IMG/VR virus record: IMGVR_UViG_3300004282_000002
Coordinates: 1 to 63,794 of that record
From: a virus
Lineage: Duplodnaviria; Caudoviricetes
DNA length: 63,794 bases
Reading direction: 5' to 3' (one strand)
Shown here: positions 61,793 through 63,794 of the stretch, in pieces
How the letters are laid out: each line of letters begins with the position of its first letter
Position numbering within the stretch: the first letter of the stretch is position 1
Notes under the pieces: generated by a model
Told to the model about the DNA's origin: nothing
Database searches by the model: none
The model's input: the letters and a program-made list of their open reading frames with translations, nothing else
Position numbers and translations under genes: made by a program

Positions 61793-62007
61793 ATTGTTTT
61801 AATATTTTTAGGCAATTCATTTATAGCTTTGTAGATATACAAATATTTATCTCTATCAGATTTATGTGTATCAGGATTATTCCATAGACATGATGGTGCA
61901 AGTGAAGCTCTTAGATTCATGCAATCAGCAAATGCAATATGTTTAGATTTATTAAAACAACAACCAACACATGTTTTATGTTTTTGCTTCACTAATTTGT
62001 ATTTCAT
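61789..62007 (-). CDS. Small Cys-rich protein ending in LPKNIKTI
   Basis: C.GCCF...C...C pattern, ATGA-coupled. Confidence 0.7.
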   Translation of the reverse strand: MKYKLVKQKHKTCVGCCFNKSKHIAFADCMNLRASLAPSCLWNNPDTHKSDRDKYLYIYKAINELPKNIKTI

Positions 62008-62204
62008 ATAGTCTTAGTATTTTTATTCAACGTATTAGGAGCTATCTTAAATCTAGATGACCAGAAAGACTCTATACAACCATTATCGCTCTTAACTCTA
62101 TATAAGCAACCGAATGGATCTTCTTCTATTTTTAGTAACTCATATTTCTTACCATTAGTAAGACTTCTGAGTTCATCATTAACACATATCACATATTTCT
62201 TCAT
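62004..62204 (-). CDS. Small SH3-like protein ending in LNKNTKTI
   Basis: V.CV......LT.GK.YE.......YRV.SD.G......RF. Confidence 0.7.
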   Translation of the reverse strand: MKKYVICVNDELRSLTNGKKYELLKIEEDPFGCLYRVKSDNGCIESFWSSRFKIAPNTLNKNTKTI

Positions 62205-62428
62205 ATAGTCCTTATTTTTTTGTTGAGGTTGAATTTTATATGAAAATAATTAGATATAGAATCAAGCTGAAAAGAAAACATAATGTTTTTTTCACACATA
62301 ACAGATATATAACTGTTTTTTGCTCTTAATATCTTATAGGTATTTCCTTTTATGAAATATTCTCTAAGAACAGGAATACTTTTAGAATCCTTTTTATAAA
62401 TTAATATCTGACCTTCTCTATATTTCAT
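62201..62428 (-). CDS. Small SH3-like protein ending in LNKKIRTI
   Basis: F.KG..YKI pattern, first gene of the array. Confidence 0.7.
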   Translation of the reverse strand: MKYREGQILIYKKDSKSIPVLREYFIKGNTYKILRAKNSYISVMCEKNIMFSFQLDSISNYFHIKFNLNKKIRTI

Positions 62429-62444
62429 AATATATATTTATTTG

Positions 62445-62522
62445 TGGAGTAGAAGGGAGTCGAACCCCCTTACTTAGTCTTACATTATTTCAGTAAGCAT
62501 TCAATTTCCAACAATCTACCCC
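62445..62522 (-). ncRNA. tRNA-like RNA resembling the tmRNA tRNA-like domain (G3-U70, no canonical D arm or anticodon loop)
   Basis: GGGGTAG/CTACTCC-A acceptor stem, GGGGG-TTCGACT-CCCTT T arm, CTTAC/GTAAG stem with a 9-nt loop, no encoded CCA. Confidence 0.6.
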
Positions 62523-62524
62523 AT

Positions 62525-62551
62525 AAAAAAGCCCCTAGGGTAAGGGGCTTT
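62525..62551 (-). terminator. Intrinsic terminator after the SSB gene
   Basis: Minus strand AAAGCCCCT-TACCCT-AGGGGCTTTTTT. Confidence 0.8.
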
Positions 62552-62571
62552 CACATTCAAAATCAATCACA

Positions 62572-63180
62572 TTAAAAAGGGAGATCGTCCTCCTTTTTCT
62601 TATTAGGAGTGATGGTTAAACCATCATCCTTCTTATCTTCATCCATGGCTATAGCCACAGGAGTAACCTTATCATACTCTGTTATCTTCATCTTAGTATT
62701 CTCGTCAGAGATAAGACTAGGATCTTCAAACATAGTAGGCCACGTAGGTAAAGTTGGTCTATTTTTCTTATCATAGACTAACTTAATACGCAACTCTTTC
62801 TTATGATAAGACTTGCCTATGTCAGCAATAATCCTATTACAGAACTCTCCAAATGACGCTACAGGCCCAGTTTCATAACTAGGTGACAATAACACATTAG
62901 TGAGATTCTTCATAGTCCTATTGAACTTATCAAGCTCCTTATCAAACGCAGCCTTGTCAGGCACATACATAGAACCAATTTTATTTGGGGGGAAATAAGA
63001 TTTTCTAGCCACACAATTGTTTTTGTCTACTATCTCAACGTTTAACCATTCTGCCTTATCGGTCTTACGATATTCAATCTTATTGATATACCGTCCTCTA
63101 CTAATAGCATTATCTTTAGTTACAACAATTGGAAGTAAACCTCCATCACCACTCTTAATTCCATATTCACTCATACGCAA
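62572..63180 (-). CDS. Putative single-stranded DNA-binding protein (crAss type)
   Basis: Acidic tail ending DDLPF; located in the replication module. Confidence 0.6.
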   Translation of the reverse strand: MRMSEYGIKSGDGGLLPIVVTKDNAISRGRYINKIEYRKTDKAEWLNVEIVDKNNCVARKSYFPPNKIGSMYVPDKAAFDKELDKFNRTMKNLTNVLLSPSYETGPVASFGEFCNRIIADIGKSYHKKELRIKLVYDKKNRPTLPTWPTMFEDPSLISDENTKMKITEYDKVTPVAIAMDEDKKDDGLTITPNKKKEDDLPF

Positions 63181-63189
63181 ATTGTTTTT

Positions 63190-63711
63190 TTAATTAATAC
63201 TTATTCTTTCTTCTGTTTCGCTATTTACCTTCACATTCTTATCCTTACCTATCGCTATTCGCTTGTCGTTGACATATGCGAACTTATAATAGTTATGGGA
63301 TATATCAAACTGTTCTCTGAACTCTTTTCCATAGGCACTCTCAGTGTTACATACTAATAGCTTAAACTCTGTCTTTCCTTCACCAAATAGTTCCTGTATA
63401 ACAGCGATTGTAGAGTCATGGAGAGGTACACTACCAGATAATATATCGCCGTCTTTTTTCTCTAGAGAGATACTGCGAATATGATCAGGAGGAAATACAT
63501 CTTTGACGTTTTCTAAGTCATCACATAACGAACCGTTTGTCTTCATAATAAGAAGTTCTTTTGGGGAGTTCTTCTTCTCTTCGTTTGTTGTCTCTATGAT
63601 AATGATTTTAGCGTCATCATGATCTAGATCCATTGTCTCTAAGGCTTCTACATTAAATACTAGCCTCTTATCCTCAATTGTTACTTTTGGAAAAAATTCT
63701 TCTTTTTTCAT
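63190..63711 (-). CDS. Hypothetical acidic protein
   Basis: 173-aa ORF in operon. Confidence 0.6.
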   Translation of the reverse strand: MKKEEFFPKVTIEDKRLVFNVEALETMDLDHDDAKIIIIETTNEEKKNSPKELLIMKTNGSLCDDLENVKDVFPPDHIRSISLEKKDGDILSGSVPLHDSTIAVIQELFGEGKTEFKLLVCNTESAYGKEFREQFDISHNYYKFAYVNDKRIAIGKDKNVKVNSETEERISIN

Positions 63712-63719
63712 AATTTAGT

Positions 63720-63794
63720 TTAAATAAATATTTGATCCCAATGATTAGTGAATACTCCTGTTTCTAAATCTTTCTCTATTAAAAGAAACGTCTT
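63720..63794 (-). CDS. 3' end of an upstream gene (possibly a crAss-type AAA ATPase), truncated by the window
   Basis: Open frame KTFLLIEKDLETGVFTNHWDQIFI*; product guessed only from the terminal W..IF and synteny. Confidence 0.35.
   Translation of the reverse strand, partial: KTFLLIEKDLETGVFTNHWDQIFI

Larger units (their letters stand above)
59676..62227 (-). repeat. Dispersed 27-nt / 8-aa gene-terminal repeat L-[NPS]-K-[NHK]-[IVT]-[KR]-T-I-stop
   Basis: Copies at 59676-59702, 60985-61011, 61275-61301, 61592-61618, 61789-61815, 62004-62030 and 62201-62227; also 44736-44762, with variants at 49482-49508 and 51935-51961. Confidence 0.9.

Noticed and set aside
59676-62227. CRISPR-like array from the repeated 27-nt blocks
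   Set aside because: The repeats are degenerate, coding and 200-1300 nt apart, separated by full ORFs, with no cas genes.
62445-62522. Canonical tRNA with an assignable anticodon
   Set aside because: No U8, weak D stem and a 9-nt loop, so no anticodon can be assigned. Reported as a tRNA-like ncRNA instead.
1-63794. Genome-wide TAG or TGA stop-codon recoding as in some Crassvirales
   Set aside because: Long genes are uninterrupted in code 11, and TAG/TGA terminate well-placed genes (14118, 15661, 44736, many ATGA overlaps). Only one in-frame TAG was found.

Overview
A 63.8 kb fragment of a crAss-like (Crassvirales-type) phage infecting Bacteroidota, translated in the standard code and AT-rich. 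It has two convergent arms meeting at a hairpin near 44.7 kb. The + arm (1-44651) is late/structural: modular tail fibre and spike genes with PL9-like beta-helix, FISUMP, LamG and BACON-like domains, a lysis-type cassette (DUF5675 peptidase, an intact metacaspase, holin, outer-membrane protein), ring/tubular and muzzle tail proteins, and ejected cargo proteins including a 4082-aa virion RNA polymerase with the DFDID motif. The - arm (44736-63794) is early/replication: class II ribonucleotide reductase, PD-(D/E)XK nuclease, RusA, primase, SSB, a six-gene phiEco32-like amidoligase/GATase/ATP-grasp/GGCT cluster and many small ORFs. Three Bacteroidota -33/-7 promoters are visible. The most striking unexplained signal is that about ten small proteins of unrelated fold end in the same C-terminal octapeptide (L-[NPS]-K-N-[IVT]-[KR]-T-I-stop), with synonymous codon variation. 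Six of them form a tandem array directly downstream of a 78-nt RNA resembling the tRNA-like domain of tmRNA, close to the peptide-ligase cluster. All family assignments come from motif recognition by eye; no searches were run.
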